From Novosphingobium sp. (lineage in GTDB: Bacteria; Pseudomonadota; Alphaproteobacteria; Sphingomonadales; Sphingomonadaceae): 64,000 nt of DNA. The notes under the pieces were generated by a model. The model was not told the DNA's origin, ran no database searches, and saw nothing but the letters and a program-made list of their open reading frames with translations. Both the position numbers and the translations under genes were made by a program. This document shows, in pieces, positions 29,498 through 41,883 of the stretch (its first letter is position 1; each line of letters opens with the position of its first letter). The stretch lies in assembly GCF_030696665.1 (NCBI RefSeq), contig NZ_JAUYRV010000022.1, positions 2,976-66,975 on the forward strand, written 5' to 3'.

Positions 29498-30853
29498 GTG
29501 GCCGTATCCGATCATGTCGATTTGCCAACGTTCATGGAAGGCGTGAACAAGCGCAATCCACACCAGCCCGAATTCGTCCAGGCCGTTCAGGAAGTGGCCG
29601 AAGACATCTTCGAATTCATGGAAGACAAGGAAGAATACCACGCGCAGCAGATTCTGCGCCGCATTGCCGAGCCTGACCGGGTGGTATCTTTTCGCGTGTG
29701 CTGGGAGGATGATAACGGCAATGTCCGTGTGCAGCGCGGTTGGCGCGTGCAAAACAACAACGCCATCGGCCCCTACAAGGGCGGCATTCGCTTTCACCCG
29801 TCAGTAACTGAATCGGTGCTGAAGTTCCTCGCGTTTGAACAAACGTTCAAAAATGCGCTGACGGGCCTGCCGATGGGCGGCGGCAAGGGTGGATCGAACT
29901 TCAACCCCAAGGGCAAGAGCGTGCGCGAGATCATGCGCTTCTGCCAGAGCTTCATGACCGAACTGTACCGCCACATTGGCGCAGACGTTGATGTTCCTGC
30001 AGGAGACATCGGCGTGGGCGGGCGCGAGATCGGCTTCATGTTCGGGCAGTACAAGCGCATCACCAACAACTTCACCGGCGTGCTGACGGGCAAGGGCCTC
30101 GAATGGGGTGGTTCGCTGATCCGCACCGAGGCGACCGGCTATGGCGCGGTCTATTTCCTTGCCAACATGATGGCGCACAAGGGCGAGGATCTGGTAGGCA
30201 AGACGGCGGTCATTTCAGGCTCGGGCAACGTGGCGACACATGCGGCCGAAAAGATCGTCCAGCTGGGCGGTAAGGTGCTGACGCTCTCGGATTCGGGCGG
30301 TTACATCCATGACCCGGACGGCATCGATCAGGAAAAGATCAACTGGGTGAAAACCCATAAGACACATCGGCGTGGGCGCATCGAGGAATATGTCGAGGCG
30401 TTCCCCAAAGCGACTTTCGTGGCGGGCAAGACGCCGTGGCACGTGCCGTGCGACGTGGCGCTGCCGTGTGCAACGCAGAACGAACTGCTGGGCGATGACG
30501 CGCGCGCACTGATTGCCAATGGCTGCAAGGCCGTGGCGGAAGGCGCGAACATGCCCACCGATCTTGACGGCGTACACGTCTTCAAGGCGGCAAAGATACT
30601 CTACGCGCCTGGCAAGGCCTCGAATGCGGGCGGTGTGGCTGTTTCAGGCCTCGAGATGAGCCAGAATTCAGAGCGGCGTTCATGGCGGGAAGATGAACTG
30701 CAGCAGATGTTGAAAGACATCATGGCAGGCATTCACAAATCGTGTCTTGCCTATGGAGATCAAGGTGGCGGTTACATCGACTACGTAAAGGGCGCGAACA
30801 TCGCAGGCTTCAAGAAGGTGGCTGACGCAATGTTGGCGTTTGGCGTGGTGTGA
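29498..30853 (+). CDS. gdhA: NADP-specific glutamate dehydrogenase
   Basis: GPYKGGIRFHP, LPMGGGKGG, EGANMP. Confidence 0.97.
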   Translation: MAVSDHVDLPTFMEGVNKRNPHQPEFVQAVQEVAEDIFEFMEDKEEYHAQQILRRIAEPDRVVSFRVCWEDDNGNVRVQRGWRVQNNNAIGPYKGGIRFHPSVTESVLKFLAFEQTFKNALTGLPMGGGKGGSNFNPKGKSVREIMRFCQSFMTELYRHIGADVDVPAGDIGVGGREIGFMFGQYKRITNNFTGVLTGKGLEWGGSLIRTEATGYGAVYFLANMMAHKGEDLVGKTAVISGSGNVATHAAEKIVQLGGKVLTLSDSGGYIHDPDGIDQEKINWVKTHKTHRRGRIEEYVEAFPKATFVAGKTPWHVPCDVALPCATQNELLGDDARALIANGCKAVAEGANMPTDLDGVHVFKAAKILYAPGKASNAGGVAVSGLEMSQNSERRSWREDELQQMLKDIMAGIHKSCLAYGDQGGGYIDYVKGANIAGFKKVADAMLAFGVV

Positions 30854-31074
30854 GTCTGACCGCGCTTTAACGGCGGTTTATCAGGACCGGCTGCAGCAGG
30901 GCGAATCGAGCGCCAGTGCTACGGCCGGTTCTTTCATTCCCGAAGCATCTCCGTGCGGCTCCAATGCCCCCATCTGTGGCTTTCCCACAGGCATGGCCGC
31001 GTCTGGCGTGACGAGAATTGCTTTCCGGGATAGACGTTTGGCAGATGTTGCATCCGCAACGGAGAAATATTTTC

Positions 31075-31089
31075 GTTCCCTACTTGTTC
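31075..31089 (+). promoter_or_regulatory. LexA (SOS) box upstream of recA
   Basis: GTTC-N7-GTTC, the alphaproteobacterial SOS consensus, 74 nt before recA. Confidence 0.88.
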
Positions 31090-31162
31090 CAACGGAACAC
31101 AAGGGGTACACAACCCTTGTTGACGGTTCATGTGAGCCAACTCTAGCAAGGGATACGAAGCC

Positions 31163-32233
31163 ATGGCGGCGCAGCTCAAGCTCATTGAGGAGGGTAAGAT
31201 CAAGGACTTGGATCGTCAGAAGGCGCTCGACGCAGCGCTTGCACAGATTGACCGTGCGTTCGGTAAGGGTTCGGCGATGAAGCTGGGGTCCAAGGAAACG
31301 ATGCAGGTGGAGGCAATTTCCACCGGATCGCTGGGCCTGGATATTGCTCTTGGTGTAGGTGGCCTGCCGCGCGGACGCGTGATCGAAATTTACGGACCGG
31401 AAAGTTCGGGTAAAACCACACTTGCACTGCACGTAATTGCCGAGGCGCAGAAAGGCGGTGGGACGGCGGCGTTTATCGATGCCGAGCATGCGCTCGATCC
31501 CGTTTATGCCCGCAAGCTTGGGGTCAACATCGACGAACTGATCGTCTCGCAGCCCGATACGGGTGAACAGGCGCTGGAGATCGTCGATACGCTGGTTCGC
31601 TCGAACGCGATTGATGTGCTGGTGGTGGATTCGGTCGCCGCACTGGTGCCCCGCGCCGAAATCGAAGGCGAAATGGGCGACAGCCACGTGGGCCTGCAAG
31701 CCCGCCTGATGAGCCAGTCGCTGCGCAAGTTGACCGGTTCGATCAGCCGGTCGCGCTGCATGGTTATCTTCATCAACCAGCTGCGCATGAAGATCGGCGT
31801 GATGTACGGCAATCCCGAGACGACGACGGGCGGCAACGCGCTCAAGTTCTATGCCTCGGTCCGTCTCGACATCCGCCGCACCGGACAGATCAAGGACCGT
31901 GACGAAATCGTCGGCAACGCCACGCGCGTGAAGGTCGTCAAGAATAAGGTTGCTCCGCCGTTCAAGCAGGTCGAATTCGACATCATGTACGGTGAGGGCA
32001 TTTCCAAGATCGGCGAAATTCTTGATCTTGGCGTGAAGGCCGGCGTGGTCGAGAAGTCGGGCGCCTGGTTCAGTTATGACTCCATTCGCATCGGGCAGGG
32101 GCGTGAAAACTCGAAGAATTTCCTGCGCGAGAACCCCGAAATCTGCAACCGCATCGAAGCCGCGATCCGTGGCCGCACCGATCAGGTTGCCGAAGGACTG
32201 ATGGCTGGCCCGGACGCGGACGACGACATCTGA
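31163..32233 (+). CDS. recA: Recombinase RecA
   Basis: [18 protein letters not shown]. Confidence 0.99.
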   Translation: MAAQLKLIEEGKIKDLDRQKALDAALAQIDRAFGKGSAMKLGSKETMQVEAISTGSLGLDIALGVGGLPRGRVIEIYGPESSGKTTLALHVIAEAQKGGGTAAFIDAEHALDPVYARKLGVNIDELIVSQPDTGEQALEIVDTLVRSNAIDVLVVDSVAALVPRAEIEGEMGDSHVGLQARLMSQSLRKLTGSISRSRCMVIFINQLRMKIGVMYGNPETTTGGNALKFYASVRLDIRRTGQIKDRDEIVGNATRVKVVKNKVAPPFKQVEFDIMYGEGISKIGEILDLGVKAGVVEKSGAWFSYDSIRIGQGRENSKNFLRENPEICNRIEAAIRGRTDQVAEGLMAGPDADDDI

Positions 32234-32285
32234 TCTTTCAAGGCGGCAGGCCCGGAAAGCAGAACCGGAAATTTACCGCCATACC

Positions 32286-32327
32286 AAAAGGCCCGCGTGT
32301 TCCCCGGCAGGATCGCGCGGGCTTTTT
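32286..32327 (+). terminator. Terminator-like hairpin after recA
   Basis: GCCCGCG...CGCGGGC followed by TTTTT; large loop. Confidence 0.55.
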
Positions 32328-32384
32328 GTTTGCGTTCCGAAGCTTGGCGTTTAACCTAGCGGTTAAATCACCGGGAGAATCGTT

Positions 32385-33011
32385 GTGAGCATTGTCGTCC
32401 ACCATCTCAACAACAGCCGCTCGCAGCGTGTGCTCTGGTTGCTGGAGGAACTCGGTGTCGATTACGAAATCCGGCACTATCAGCGCGATGGTGTGACCAA
32501 TCTTGCTCCGCCGGAATTGAAGGCTGTCCATCCCTTGGGCAAATCGCCCCTGCTGGAAATCGATGGGCGGATCATCGAGGAATCGGGAGCGATCGTGCAA
32601 GTGCTGTGCGACCGCTATGGCAATGGTGCCTGGTGCCCCGACGCTGGCACAGACGATGCGATCCGCCATCTTGAACTGATGCATTTTGCCGAAGGTTCGG
32701 CGATGACGCCGATCCTGATGCAGCTTTACACCTCGCGGCTTGGCGACGCCGCCGCGCCGCTCAAACCGCGCATTGATGAGCAACTGGCGTCGCACTTCGG
32801 CTATATGGAGCAGATTCTGCGCCCTTCTGGCCACTTCATCGGTGATGACTGGACGGGCGCGGATGTGATGATGAGCTTCCCGGCCGAGATTGCTGTGATG
32901 CAGGGGGCAGGCGCACATTTCCCCAAGCTTGCTGCATTCGTGGCCGCAATCCATGCTCGTCCGGCCTGGCAGCGCGCGCGCGAAAAGGGCGGTGACTACT
33001 TCGGCACGTGA
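32385..33011 (+). CDS. Glutathione S-transferase family protein
   Basis: HHLNNSRSQRVLWLLEEL, HPLGKSP, ESGAI. Confidence 0.95.
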   Translation: MSIVVHHLNNSRSQRVLWLLEELGVDYEIRHYQRDGVTNLAPPELKAVHPLGKSPLLEIDGRIIEESGAIVQVLCDRYGNGAWCPDAGTDDAIRHLELMHFAEGSAMTPILMQLYTSRLGDAAAPLKPRIDEQLASHFGYMEQILRPSGHFIGDDWTGADVMMSFPAEIAVMQGAGAHFPKLAAFVAAIHARPAWQRAREKGGDYFGT

Positions 33012-33024
33012 GGGAGCAGGTGCG

Positions 33025-33852
33025 ATGACCAATGCGAGCGATTGGCGCGGTACGGTCGGCAAGAGCTGGGCGCAGGAATGGATGCGCACCGACATCAGCT
33101 TCGGCGAGCTGACGCCGCGTCTGCTGGCCGCCATCGCGGCCGAGCCGGGTGACACGGTCGTCGATGTGGGGTGCGGCGCGGGACAACTGTCCATTGCGGT
33201 CGGGCAGGCCCGACTCCACGCGTCGGTGACAGGTATCGACATCTCGGGCGACCTTGTCGCAGCGGCCACAGCGCGGTCGGACATACCGAACGTGCGCTTT
33301 CTCGAGGCCGATGCGTCACACTGGCAGCCTGAGGGGGGCCGTCCCGATCTCTATGTCTCACGCCATGGGGTGATGTTCTTCCCGGATCCGCCAGAGGCCT
33401 TTGCGCATCTCGCGCAGATTGCAGCACCGGGCGCGCGCATCGTCTTCTCCTGTTTCCGCAAACCTTCAGAGAATGCCTGGGCGGCAAGTCTTGCGGGCTT
33501 GCTGCCAGCGACAGAGCCTTCAGCGCCGCAGCGATTTTCGCCGGGGCCCTTTGCCTTTGCCGATCCGGACCATGTGCGACTGTGCATGGCCGGGTGGCGC
33601 GATCTTGCCTTCACGCCGGTGGATTTTGCCTATGTCGCCGGGGCAGGGGACGATCCGGTCGGGGAAGCCATGGCGCTGTTCCGGCGAATCGGTCCTGCCG
33701 CAGCGGCGTTGCGGAACCTGGTTGATGCGGAGCGGCAAGAGGTCGAGGAGCGGTTGCTGGAACTGGTCAAAGCGCATCTGGTGGACGGACGCGTCACTTT
33801 TCCCGCAGCGGCGTGGCTGGTAAGTGCTTCATCCGATCACCGTAATGGATGA
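33025..33852 (+). CDS. Class I SAM-dependent methyltransferase
   Basis: VVDVGCGAG, SRHGVMFF. Confidence 0.92.
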   Translation: MTNASDWRGTVGKSWAQEWMRTDISFGELTPRLLAAIAAEPGDTVVDVGCGAGQLSIAVGQARLHASVTGIDISGDLVAAATARSDIPNVRFLEADASHWQPEGGRPDLYVSRHGVMFFPDPPEAFAHLAQIAAPGARIVFSCFRKPSENAWAASLAGLLPATEPSAPQRFSPGPFAFADPDHVRLCMAGWRDLAFTPVDFAYVAGAGDDPVGEAMALFRRIGPAAAALRNLVDAERQEVEERLLELVKAHLVDGRVTFPAAAWLVSASSDHRNG

Positions 33853-33895
33853 AACGTGCTTGTAGCGCGCCGAGTGCTCGCCTAATCGGCAAGTC

Positions 33896-36541
33896 ATGAC
33901 TTCCACGAACGAAATCCGCCGGTCCTTCCTCGACTACTTCGGCTCCGCAGGCCACGATGTGGTGCAGTCCGCGCCGCTTGTGCCTTACAACGATCCCACG
34001 CTGATGTTCGTCAACGCGGGTATGGTGCCGTTCAAAAACGTGTTCACCGGGTTTGAAACGCGTGCGACGCCGCGTGCGACGTCTTCGCAGAAGTGTGTGC
34101 GGGCGGGCGGCAAGCACAACGATCTGGACAACGTGGGTTACACCGCGCGGCATCACACGTTCTTCGAGATGCTCGGCAATTTCTCGTTCGGTGACTATTT
34201 CAAGGAGCAGGCGATCACCCATGCGTGGACGCTGCTGACGAAAGAATGGGGCCTGCCCAAGGATAAGCTGCTGGCGACGGTCTATCATACCGACGACGAA
34301 GCGTTCGAGCTGTGGAAGAAGATTGCGGGGCTGCCCGAGGACCGCATCATCCGCATCGCTACGAAGGACAATTTCTGGGCGATGGGCGATGATGGCCCGT
34401 GCGGGCCGTGTTCGGAAATCTTCTTCGATCATGGCGATCACATCTGGGGCGGGCCTCCGGGATCGGCGGAAGAGGACGGGGACCGGTTCATCGAGATCTG
34501 GAACCTCGTGTTCATGCAGTTCGAACAGACTGCGGGCGAGATCACCGGCAACCTGCCCAAGCCCAGCATCGACACCGGCATGGGGCTGGAGCGCATTGCC
34601 GCGGTGTTGCAGGGTGAGCATGACAACTATGACACCGATACATTCAAGGCGCTGATCGCTGCGTCCGAGAGCCTGACGTCGGTCAAGGCTGAGGGCGAGC
34701 AGCGCGCGAGCCATCGTGTAATTGCCGATCACTTGCGCTCGACCAGCTTTCTGCTGGCCGATGGCGTGCTGCCTTCGAACGAAGGGCGCGGCTATGTACT
34801 GCGCCGGATCATGCGCCGTGCGATGCGCCATGCGCACTTGTTGGGTGCGCGCGACCCGTTGATGCATCGTCTGGTGCCTGCGCTGGTTGCGGAAATGGGC
34901 GCTGCGTACCCGGAACTGGGCCGCGCGCAGCCACTTATCGAGGAAACGCTGCTGCGCGAGGAAGTGCAGTTCCGCCGTACATTATCAAACGGACTTCGTC
35001 TGCTGGACGAAACCACCGGCGCACTGGGCGAGGGCGACAAGCTGCCGGGTGAAACCGCGTTCAAGCTGTATGACACGTTTGGTTTTCCCTACGACCTGAC
35101 TGAGGATGCACTGCGCGCGCGTGGCATTTCAGTGGACCGCGAGGGCTTTGACGCCGCGATGGCGCAGCAGAAGGCGGCTGCACGCGCGGCATGGAAGGGT
35201 TCGGGCCAAGCGGCTGATGGCGAAGTGTGGTTCGACATTGCCGAGCGCGTCGGTGCGACCGAGTTTACCGGCTACTCGTCCACCACCGGTGAGGCGCAGG
35301 TCGTTGCGCTGGTGAGGGACGGCAAGGAAGTCGAATCAGTTGCGGCCGGTGATACCGTTACGGTGCTGGTCAACCAGACGCCGTTCTATGGTGAGAGCGG
35401 CGGCCAGATGGGCGATGCTGGAACTATCACCGGAACCGGCGGGCTTGTGCTGACGGTTGCCGACACGGCCAAGCCGCTCGGCCGCCTTCATGCGCACAAT
35501 GCGATAGTTGAATCGGGCACGATCAGAGTAGGCGATGTCGTCAAGCTCGACATCGATGTGGCGCGGCGCGATGCGATCCGGGCGAACCATTCGGCCACGC
35601 ACTTGCTGCACGCCGCTTTGCGCAACCGTTTGGGCGGGCACGTGACGCAGAAGGGGTCGCTCGTGGCAGCAGATCGTCTGCGCTTCGACTTTTCGCAGCC
35701 GACCGCACTGACGGCAGACGATATCGCGGCGATCGAGGCGGAAGTGAACGCTGAAATCCGCGCGAACGAGGCGGTGACGACGAGGCTGATGAGTCCGGAC
35801 GAGGCGATTGAAGCCGGCGCAATGGCGCTGTTCGGTGAAAAATATGGCGACGAAGTGCGCGTGCTGAGCATGGGCCGTGCTGTGGACAAGCATTTCTCGG
35901 TTGAACTGTGCGGCGGCACCCATGTGCGTGCGCTGGGTGACATCGGCGTGTTCCGCATTGTGAGCGAGAGCGCGGTGTCTTCAGGCGTGCGGCGCATCGA
36001 GGCGCTGACCGGCGAAGGTGCGCGGCAGTGGTTTGTGGCGCGCGAGGATGCGCTGAAGAACACGGCTTCAATTCTGCGCACGACGCCTGAGGACGTCGAG
36101 GCGCGCGTGGCGGCGCTGATGGACGAGCGCAAAAAGCTGGAGCGTGAACTGGCCGAGGCCAAGAAGGCGCTGGCGCTTGGCGGCGGCGGGGCCAAGGCTG
36201 AAAGTGCTGACGAAGACGTTGGTGGCGTGAAATTCTCTGGCCAGGTGCTTGAAGGGCTGGACCCGAAAGACCTGCGCGGCCTGCTTGATCAGGCCAAGCA
36301 GCGCATGGGTTCTGGCGTGGCCGTGATCGTGGCAGTGAACGAGGGCAAAGCCTCGATCGCGGCGGCGGTGACCGAGGATCTGGTCGGCAAGGTCAGCGCG
36401 GTCGATCTGGTGCGTGCAGGCGTGGAAGCGCTTGGCGGCAAGGGCGGCGGCGGCCGTCCGGACATGGCGCAGGGCGGCGGGCCGGATGGTTCGAAGGCGG
36501 CCGATGCCGTGGCTGCGGCAAAGGGCGTAGTGGCAGGGTAA
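33896..36541 (+). CDS. alaS: Alanine--tRNA ligase
   Basis: [31 protein letters not shown]. Confidence 0.99.
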   Translation: MTSTNEIRRSFLDYFGSAGHDVVQSAPLVPYNDPTLMFVNAGMVPFKNVFTGFETRATPRATSSQKCVRAGGKHNDLDNVGYTARHHTFFEMLGNFSFGDYFKEQAITHAWTLLTKEWGLPKDKLLATVYHTDDEAFELWKKIAGLPEDRIIRIATKDNFWAMGDDGPCGPCSEIFFDHGDHIWGGPPGSAEEDGDRFIEIWNLVFMQFEQTAGEITGNLPKPSIDTGMGLERIAAVLQGEHDNYDTDTFKALIAASESLTSVKAEGEQRASHRVIADHLRSTSFLLADGVLPSNEGRGYVLRRIMRRAMRHAHLLGARDPLMHRLVPALVAEMGAAYPELGRAQPLIEETLLREEVQFRRTLSNGLRLLDETTGALGEGDKLPGETAFKLYDTFGFPYDLTEDALRARGISVDREGFDAAMAQQKAAARAAWKGSGQAADGEVWFDIAERVGATEFTGYSSTTGEAQVVALVRDGKEVESVAAGDTVTVLVNQTPFYGESGGQMGDAGTITGTGGLVLTVADTAKPLGRLHAHNAIVESGTIRVGDVVKLDIDVARRDAIRANHSATHLLHAALRNRLGGHVTQKGSLVAADRLRFDFSQPTALTADDIAAIEAEVNAEIRANEAVTTRLMSPDEAIEAGAMALFGEKYGDEVRVLSMGRAVDKHFSVELCGGTHVRALGDIGVFRIVSESAVSSGVRRIEALTGEGARQWFVAREDALKNTASILRTTPEDVEARVAALMDERKKLERELAEAKKALALGGGGAKAESADEDVGGVKFSGQVLEGLDPKDLRGLLDQAKQRMGSGVAVIVAVNEGKASIAAAVTEDLVGKVSAVDLVRAGVEALGGKGGGGRPDMAQGGGPDGSKAADAVAAAKGVVAG

Positions 36542-36554
36542 CCGGCTTCGTGCG

Positions 36555-37520
36555 ATGGTGCGCCATATGGACACCATCGCAACACTCGATATTGCCCGAA
36601 TAGTATCTGACATTGCGGAGGAGATGCGCGGCATTTCCGACCGTGGAGCGGTGGCCAGCTACATCCCGCCGCTGGCGCAAGTCTCGCCGGACAAGTTCGG
36701 CATCGCCGTGGTCATGGCCGATGGCGCGGCCCATGTGGCGGGCGATGCGGACGCGGCGTTTTCGATCCAGTCGATTTCCAAGGTCTTTGCGTTGACCCAG
36801 GCGTTGGGTGCGGTGGGCGATCAGTTGTGGCAGCGCGTGGGACGTGAACCTTCGGGCAGCGCGTTCAATTCCATCGTCCAGCTTGAGAGCGAGCAGGGCA
36901 TCCCGCGCAATCCGTTCATCAATGCAGGGGCGATCGTGCTGTGCGATGTGCTGTTGGGGCGGTGCGAACCGCGCGAGGCAATCGGGCAGATGCTGCGCTT
37001 CGTGCGGATGCTGGCGGGCGATGATGCCGGAACGATCAAGATTGACGAGACGGTGGCGCTGGCCGAGCAGGACACCGGCTTTCGCAACATGGCGCTGGCC
37101 AATTACATGCGCGCATTCAGCAATATCCGCGCGCCGGTGGAGCGGGTGCTGGGGGTATACTTCCATTTCTGCGCCTTGGCGATGACCTGCCGCGAACTGG
37201 CAATGGCGGGGCGATACCTGATGGACGGCGGCCGGGTGGATGGCCATTCCATTGTTACCGCCAACCGCGCGCGGCGCATCAATGCGCTGATGATGTCGTG
37301 CGGGCATTATGACAATTCTGGAGACTTTGCGTTCCGTGTCGGTTTGCCCGGCAAATCCGGTGTAGGCGGCGGCATCCTTTCAGTTGTGCCGGGGGTGGCG
37401 AGCATCGCGGTGTGGTCGCCAGGCCTGAATGCCAGCGGCAATTCCCAATTGGGCACGCTGGCGCTTGAGCGGCTCGTACAGCGCACCGGATGGAGCGTGT
37501 TCGAGCCGCGCCTGCGTTAA
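36555..37520 (+). CDS. glsA: Glutaminase
   Basis: [25 protein letters not shown]. Confidence 0.95.
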   Translation: MVRHMDTIATLDIARIVSDIAEEMRGISDRGAVASYIPPLAQVSPDKFGIAVVMADGAAHVAGDADAAFSIQSISKVFALTQALGAVGDQLWQRVGREPSGSAFNSIVQLESEQGIPRNPFINAGAIVLCDVLLGRCEPREAIGQMLRFVRMLAGDDAGTIKIDETVALAEQDTGFRNMALANYMRAFSNIRAPVERVLGVYFHFCALAMTCRELAMAGRYLMDGGRVDGHSIVTANRARRINALMMSCGHYDNSGDFAFRVGLPGKSGVGGGILSVVPGVASIAVWSPGLNASGNSQLGTLALERLVQRTGWSVFEPRLR

Positions 37521-39298
37521 CCGCGTTCGCGCAACGAGGCTGATTTCAGTTTCGGTAGTGAATTCAGCTCGCCTTCTTCCTTGATCTTCCGGCGGAATTC
37601 GTCGCGCTTTTCGTGGATCGAGGCGATGACCGGTCCCATCGGGAAGCCGAGATCGACGAGTACAGCTTCAGACAGTTGCAGCGAGCTTTCGAGCGTTTCT
37701 GGCACTGCATGGCTGGCACCTGCCCGGTAGAGTTCGGCCGCATGGGCCGCATCGCGGGCGCGGACGATGATTGGCAGGTCTGCATGCATGGCGCGCAGCC
37801 GCTTGACCATGCGCAAGATCAGCACGGGTTCGTCCATTGTCAGGATCATCGCGCGAGCATCGTCGAGGCCAAGGCGGTGAACGGCGTTCTCGCTGTCGAC
37901 ATTGCCGAACAGGACGGGCAAGCCTGCCTTGCGCGCGGCCTTTACGATGGTGGGGTTGCTATCGATCCCGAGCCATTTGGCACCGTGGACTGTCAACATA
38001 TCTGCGATCAGATGGCCGACGCGGCCAAATCCCATCACCACTACGCGCTCGCCCTCAGGTTCTGCTACCGCGGTGCTCTGGCCAGCGTCGGCTGTGTCCT
38101 TGTCGAGTCGACCGGCCCAGTATTCTCCGAGCTTTGCCAGCATGGGCGTAATTGTCAGCCCGATGGCGGTGACGATTTGCCAGAACTGCGCAGTCTCGCG
38201 GTCAATCAGAGAGGCTTCGGCAGCTGCGGTCAGCACGATCAAGGTGGTTTCCGAAGGGCTGGCCATGAGGATGCCGGTCTGCAGCGCGGTCGCGCGGTTT
38301 TTGCCCATCGCGCGCAAGGCGAACCCCGTCACAACGGCCTTCAGAATGACGACACCCAGCACAGCAATCGTCAGTGGCCCGATTTCCGCCCAGACGACGC
38401 GCAAATCGATGCCCATGCCGATGGTGATAAGGAACACGCCGAGGGCGAGGCCCTTGAACGGCTTGGTGATCGATTCCACTTCGGAATGGTATTCGGTCTC
38501 GGCGATCAAAAGTCCGGCCAACAATGCGCCCATGATCGGGGAGAGGCCGACCATCGACGTGGCAAGCGCCGAGGCAATGACGACCAGCATGGTGGCGGCA
38601 AGGAACAGTTCCGGGCTTTTGGTGTGCGCTGCCTGTGCGAACAGGCGGGGCAGGAGCAGGCGTCCACCGACCAGCAGAACCGCAACAACAATGCCGCCAT
38701 AGATCAGGGTTTCGCCAATGCTAGGCCCAGCATCCTGTGCCGCGTAGGGAGCAAATGCGCCGAGCAGGAAGATGATTGGGACCAGCGCAATATCTTCAAA
38801 CAGCAACATGGCAAGCGCGGCGCGGCCGACCGGGCCTTGCGTGCCCGAGATGGGCAGGACCAATGCCGTGGAGGACAGTGCGAGGGCAAGGCCAAGGCCA
38901 AAGGCGCCACTGATCGGCAAACCTGTTGCCATCAATACGCCCGAAAGGAGGAACGCTGAAACGCCCAGTTCCATCGCGCCCAAACCGAAGACGAGGCGGC
39001 GCATGTCCCACAACCGGTTGAAGGAAAGTTCCAGACCGATTTCGAACAGCAGCAGAATGATCCCGAATTCGGCGAAGGGTGTGATCGCGGCCGGGTCGGT
39101 GATGGTTATGTGGTAGAGCCACGGATACTGGCCCACGAGCGATCCGAGGCCGAACGGGCCAACGGCAAGGCCGACGAGAATGAAGCCGATAATCGGCGTG
39201 ATGCGCAACCGTGCAAAGGCTGGAATTACGATCCCGGCAGCGCCAAGGACTACGAGTACGTCGGATAACGCGGTTGTCGGTTCGAGATTGCCTGCCAT
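37517..39298 (-). CDS. KefB/KefC-family cation:proton antiporter with TrkA-N domain
   Basis: CPA2 TM domain ([13 protein letters not shown]), C-terminal GFGRVG. Confidence 0.92.
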   Translation of the reverse strand: MAGNLEPTTALSDVLVVLGAAGIVIPAFARLRITPIIGFILVGLAVGPFGLGSLVGQYPWLYHITITDPAAITPFAEFGIILLLFEIGLELSFNRLWDMRRLVFGLGAMELGVSAFLLSGVLMATGLPISGAFGLGLALALSSTALVLPISGTQGPVGRAALAMLLFEDIALVPIIFLLGAFAPYAAQDAGPSIGETLIYGGIVVAVLLVGGRLLLPRLFAQAAHTKSPELFLAATMLVVIASALATSMVGLSPIMGALLAGLLIAETEYHSEVESITKPFKGLALGVFLITIGMGIDLRVVWAEIGPLTIAVLGVVILKAVVTGFALRAMGKNRATALQTGILMASPSETTLIVLTAAAEASLIDRETAQFWQIVTAIGLTITPMLAKLGEYWAGRLDKDTADAGQSTAVAEPEGERVVVMGFGRVGHLIADMLTVHGAKWLGIDSNPTIVKAARKAGLPVLFGNVDSENAVHRLGLDDARAMILTMDEPVLILRMVKRLRAMHADLPIIVRARDAAHAAELYRAGASHAVPETLESSLQLSEAVLVDLGFPMGPVIASIHEKRDEFRRKIKEEGELNSLPKLKSASLRERG

Positions 39299-39376
39299 GA
39301 CATGAGGTTAGGGGAGGGGGCAGCCTAAGTCACCCGGTAACGTCTACCGTTGCGGTTGAATTGTGGCTTGCCAACG

Positions 39377-39404
39377 AAAAAGGCCCCGGCGTGAACCGGG
39401 GCCT
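39377..39404 (-). terminator. Terminator after icd
   Basis: AGGCCCCGG/CCGGGGCCT stem with T tract on the minus strand. Confidence 0.7.
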
Positions 39405-39433
39405 CTTGATTTCTGGCGATGAATGCCGGGCGC

Positions 39434-40657
39434 TTACGCCCAGTTCTTCATTTCCGCTTCGAGGTTCTCGACGATGGCTTCGAAGAACTTCTCGGTGGTC
39501 ATCCATGCCTGATCGGGGCCGATGAGCAGAGCAAGATCCTTGGTCATCTTGCCGCTTTCGACGGTTTCGATGCAGATGCGTTCGATGGTTTCGGCAAAGC
39601 GCACAACATCGGGCGTTTCGTCGAACTTGCCGCGATACATCAGCCCGCGCGTCCACGCGAAGATCGAGGCGATCGGGTTGATCGAGGTCTGCTTGCCCTG
39701 CTGGTGCTGGCGATAGTGACGGGTCACCGTGCCGTGGGCGGCTTCGGCTTCCACCGTCTTGCCGTCTGGCGTCATCAGCACCGAAGTCATCAGGCCGAGC
39801 GAGCCGAAGCCCTGTGCGACCGTATCGGACTGCACGTCACCATCATAGTTCTTGCAGGCCCAGACGAACTTGCCCGACCACTTGAGCGCCGATGCGACCA
39901 TGTCGTCGATCAGGCGGTGTTCGTAGACGATGCCGGCAGCGGCGAACTTTTCCTTGAAGCCTTCGGCGTCGAACACTTCCTGGAACAGATCCTTGAAGCG
40001 GCCGTCATAGGCCTTGAGGATGGTGTTCTTGGTCGACAGATATACCGGCCAACCGAGGTTCAGACCATAGTTGAACGAGGCGCGTGCGAAATCGCGGATC
40101 GAATCATCAAGGTTGTACATCGCCATGGCGACGCCGGCGGATGGGTACTTGAAGACTTCGCGATCGATCGTTTCGCCGTTATCGCCTTCCCAGACGAGGC
40201 GCAGCTTGCCGGGGCCGGGAACGAGGAAATCGGTGGCGCGATACTGGTCACCAAAGGCGTGACGGCCGACCACGATGGGGTCGGTCCAGCCCGGGACGAG
40301 GCGGGGCACGTTCTGGATCACGATGGGTTCGCGGAACACGACGCCGCCAAGGATGTTGCGGATCGTGCCGTTGGGCGACTTCCACATTGATTTGAGGTTG
40401 AATTCCTCGACGCGCTGCTCGTCAGGCGTGATCGTGGCGCACTTTACGCCAACGCCGTACTGCTTGATCGCATTGGCGGAATCGATGGTGATTTGGTCGT
40501 CGGTCTCGTCACGCTTTTGCACGGAGAGATCGTAGTACTTCAGATCAATGTCGAGATAGGGGAGGATCAGGCGTTCGCGGATCCATTCCCAGATGATCCG
40601 GGTCATTTCGTCGCCGTCGAGTTCAACGACCGGGTTCTTCACCTTGATCTTCGCCAT
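39434..40657 (-). CDS. icd: NADP-dependent isocitrate dehydrogenase (eukaryotic-like type)
   Basis: [34 protein letters not shown]. Confidence 0.98.
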   Translation of the reverse strand: MAKIKVKNPVVELDGDEMTRIIWEWIRERLILPYLDIDLKYYDLSVQKRDETDDQITIDSANAIKQYGVGVKCATITPDEQRVEEFNLKSMWKSPNGTIRNILGGVVFREPIVIQNVPRLVPGWTDPIVVGRHAFGDQYRATDFLVPGPGKLRLVWEGDNGETIDREVFKYPSAGVAMAMYNLDDSIRDFARASFNYGLNLGWPVYLSTKNTILKAYDGRFKDLFQEVFDAEGFKEKFAAAGIVYEHRLIDDMVASALKWSGKFVWACKNYDGDVQSDTVAQGFGSLGLMTSVLMTPDGKTVEAEAAHGTVTRHYRQHQQGKQTSINPIASIFAWTRGLMYRGKFDETPDVVRFAETIERICIETVESGKMTKDLALLIGPDQAWMTTEKFFEAIVENLEAEMKNWA

Positions 40658-40842
40658 AACCATCCTGTCTTTCAAGCTGGGGAGAGAATTTGCGTTTTCC
40701 CTTAGCAGAGGCTTTGCTTCGCGCAAGGCAGGTGGGCAATTCGCGCAATAATTAGGGTGGGGCACTGGACATGGCAGGCATGGCCGGGCAATGTTTTAAG
40801 TGACCGGTTAAAGCCGGGCAAGATTTCATGCGGAGAGATGCA

Positions 40843-41607
40843 ATGAGCGAGGCCGAAGTCCTTACCGAAGTCGATGGCAATGTGCTGATCGTCACGATCA
40901 ACCGGCCCGACGCCAAGAACGCGATGAACAAGGCGGCGGCCGAAGGTATCTCGGCGGCGATGGACCGGCTGGATGCAGAGGCAGACTTGCGCTGCGCGAT
41001 CCTGACCGGGGCGGGCGGGACATTCTGTTCAGGCATGGACCTGAAAGGTTTCCTGCGCGGCGAATCGCCGTCAGTGCCGGGGCGCGGCTTTGGCGGGTTG
41101 TCGCAATGGACGCCCAAGAAGCCCATCATCGCGGCGGTTGATGGTTATGCTCTGGCTGGCGGCATGGAAATGGCGCTTTCGTGCGATCTGATTGTTGCCA
41201 GCGCATCAGCCAAGTTCGGCATTCCCGAGGCCAAGCGCGGGTTGGCCGCAGCGGCGGGAGGACTGATCAAGTTGCCACGCCAGATTCCGCCGCGCATCGC
41301 GATGGAACTTGCCCTCACTGGCGATTTCATCACGGCGCAGCGAGCCTACGAGTTGGGCTTCGTCAACCAGATCGTTGAAGGACCGTCGCTTGATGCGGCC
41401 AAGGCGCTGGCGGCGCGCATTGCCGAGAATGGACCGCTGGCGTTGATCGCTTCGAAGGGCATCATCCGCGATTCGCACGAATGGACCGAAGCGGAGATGT
41501 GGGGCAAGCAGCAGGCTTATATTGCGCCCGTCTTCACGTCGAGCGACGCGCGCGAAGGTGCGGCGGCCTTTGCCGAGAAGCGCAAGCCGAACTGGCAGGG
41601 CAAATAA
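40843..41607 (+). CDS. Enoyl-CoA hydratase/crotonase family protein
   Basis: FCSGMDL, ALAGGME, FGIPEAKRG. Confidence 0.95.
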   Translation: MSEAEVLTEVDGNVLIVTINRPDAKNAMNKAAAEGISAAMDRLDAEADLRCAILTGAGGTFCSGMDLKGFLRGESPSVPGRGFGGLSQWTPKKPIIAAVDGYALAGGMEMALSCDLIVASASAKFGIPEAKRGLAAAAGGLIKLPRQIPPRIAMELALTGDFITAQRAYELGFVNQIVEGPSLDAAKALAARIAENGPLALIASKGIIRDSHEWTEAEMWGKQQAYIAPVFTSSDAREGAAAFAEKRKPNWQGK

Positions 41608-41660
41608 GCCAATCGGGGGCGGGGTGGTTCAGTCGCTCCGCACCCTGCGCTTTGGACAAG

Positions 41661-41688
41661 AAAAAACCCCGCCAGCGGCGGGGTTTTT
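41661..41688. terminator. Bidirectional terminator between crotonase gene and tRNA
   Basis: AAAAAACCCCGCC-AGC-GGCGGGGTTTTT. Confidence 0.85.
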
Positions 41689-41695
41689 CATGCGA

Positions 41696-41770
41696 TGGTG
41701 GGCGTAGCAAGGATTGAACTTGCGACCCCTACGATGTCAACATAGTGCTCTACCACTGAGCTATACGCCC
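41696..41770 (-). tRNA. tRNA-Val(GAC)
   Basis: Cloverleaf GGGCGTA...TACGCCC-ACCA, anticodon loop TT-GAC-AT, T-loop GTTCAATC, encoded CCA. Confidence 0.97.
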
Positions 41771-41883
41771 GCACCATCGTGCAACCTTCAAGCGTTCAGA
41801 TAGACCGTCGCGCTGTCGGGAAGCGGCCCATTAGCCTTGGGGCATGGGCAAGGCAAGGGGGAATTTGCTTAGGTCGCCAAGGT

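Noticed and set aside
37613-38959. 448-aa plus-strand ORF opposite the Kef antiporter (likewise 54796-56166 opposite ampG and 33794-34867 opposite alaS)
   Set aside because: Antisense shadows of well-supported genes
41696-41770. tRNA-Val as an island integration site
   Set aside because: No duplicated 3' end or foreign genes adjacent; flanks are housekeeping genes
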